DNA of 64,000 bases, taken from Marsupella aquatica. Lineage: Eukaryota > Plantae > Marchantiophyta. Under the pieces are notes generated by a model. The model was not told the DNA's origin. It did not search any database and was given only the letters and a program-made list of their open reading frames with translations. The translations under genes were made by a program, and so were the position numbers. Shown here one piece after another: positions 62,613-64,000 of this stretch. The first letter of the stretch is position 1. Each line of letters opens with the position of its first letter. The stretch covers positions 13,511,469-13,575,468 of the forward strand of contig OZ316896.1 of NCBI GenBank assembly GCA_973895155.1, written 5' to 3'.

Positions 62613-63849
62613 CATTTCCTCATTTTCTCAACGTTTTCTGTGGTTTATGGAAGGGGACTTGCTAGACAAAGAGTCATTATCCCGTGCTCCATATGCAAGT
62701 GTCGTTCATTCTGGTGACTTCACTTCGGGCGCCTGGAGTTGGAACGTCTTACTGGTTCAAATTGGACACTCTGGAATCATTGCACTCAACCTTGCAGTCT
62801 GCTGGGTAAAGGAGGATACTGCTGCAATTCATCTGTTTTGGTGGTTCAAAGATTGGCACTCTGGATTTCATGGATGTAGTGGTGAAAGCGCTTCATATTT
62901 TGTGACTTCACGATTCGCCACTACGATTGACGTATTTTATAGGCTCAATATGGTCGCCTCAATATGGTCACTTGGAATGAATGCCCCTCGAATCGAAAGG
63001 TCTGCCCGGATGTGGAAAGTCTCATAGCGATGGATGTGAACCAGTCCTCCTCCATTTGCAGGTATGTTTCGTAATGGTGACTTCCTTGGTGGCACTTCCG
63101 AGCGATTTTCGTTATCTGGGTGAGCATGAAAGCTTTCGAATGAATGTCAAACAGTAGAGCTGGCTTTGCACAGCGGCCACAGCGTGCAAAATATGGCATG
63201 ATTGTAAGCACAACTCTCGTTACGTTGGGACAGATGCGGAAGGACTTTCCCAAAACCATTGGGGATCTCTTGGCTGTTTGGGAAGAGGACACTCCGAATC
63301 ATTTTTACACAATCTGGTTACTTCACTGCGATTTTTGTGAATCTAAAGTGAGAACTGATGTTTTCACGTTCACTTCAATTGCTGGGCAGCTACGATCCTG
63401 ATTACTAAACAGAATCGAGTCATTACGAAGTCGCAAAACTGGCTTTGTAGGGCCCATCGTTACCAAAGGTCCAAGACAGTTCACAGAGAACTCACAAGTC
63501 TGAGGGGCAGTCGTGACGAGTCACGCTGAACTTTGGAAACATGACCAAGGAAGGCCATAAATGTTCTTCAAATATATGTTGTATAGTCCAGGAATTGAGG
63601 GAATATGTACACCAAAGAACTAAACAAGGATGAAGAACCCATCGCAAATACAAGAGACCAAAACACCTCGTTATTACTGAACCGAAGAACCGAAGAACCG
63701 AAGAGGCCAAAAACTGATCACTACTTATCGCACAGAGCTGCAAAAATTTTTCGTTCTTCTCAAGGATTATGTTTTGCAGCTGCATCGTTTGGAGCTTCAC
63801 CTCTTCTGCGCAGAAGAACAAGCTGTTGGCTGTCTTATCCTTGATGACC

Positions 63850-63914
63850 TCATTGGGAGCGTTGAGCTTTATAAACTTTCGAGCGCTTTTCAGGGTGATT
63901 GTCATCGTCGGCAA
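63850..63914 (-). CDS. Possible terminal coding exon of a minus-strand gene that continues beyond the window
   Basis: Acceptor TTTACCTCGCAG at 63915-63916, then xADDDNHPEKRSKVYKAQRSQ* in one frame; another frame stays open to 63492. No recognisable homology. Confidence 0.2.
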
Positions 63915-64000
63915 CTGCGAGGTAAACTAGAACCCAATCATAGCTCTTTTTCGGATACAAATGCCGCCTTAATCTGCATTTTTTCTAGGGCATTGTTGTC

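Overview
Eukaryotic nuclear DNA from a land plant; the protein style and gene layout suggest a bryophyte such as a liverwort (inference). Four complete protein-coding genes were reconstructed by hand: an 11-exon CDPK-related kinase (CRK, minus, 11420-16526, with one GC-AG intron), a 4-exon DENND6-like Rab GEF (minus, 39948-43488), an 8-exon class II PRPP synthetase with an N-terminal transit-like extension (plus, 50615-54859) and an intronless ALG12 mannosyltransferase (plus, 61119-62612). A possible terminal exon of a fifth gene lies at the right edge. Intergenic DNA is a layered transposon graveyard: solo LTRs with TSDs, MITEs (some nested), a tRNA-type SINE, a truncated non-LTR insert with a 15-bp TSD, and decayed Copia, Gypsy and L1 coding remnants. 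Two features stand out. One is a very young non-autonomous Bianca-like LTR element (identical 142-bp LTRs, AGAGA TSD) whose ~32-nt primer-binding site matches the 5' half of tRNA-Ile and carries G at the inosine-34 position. The other is a 5-copy ~200-bp tandem array with several recurring hairpins directly upstream of the CRK leader. No rRNA, intact tRNA gene or CRISPR array was seen. All alignments were by eye and no database search was run.
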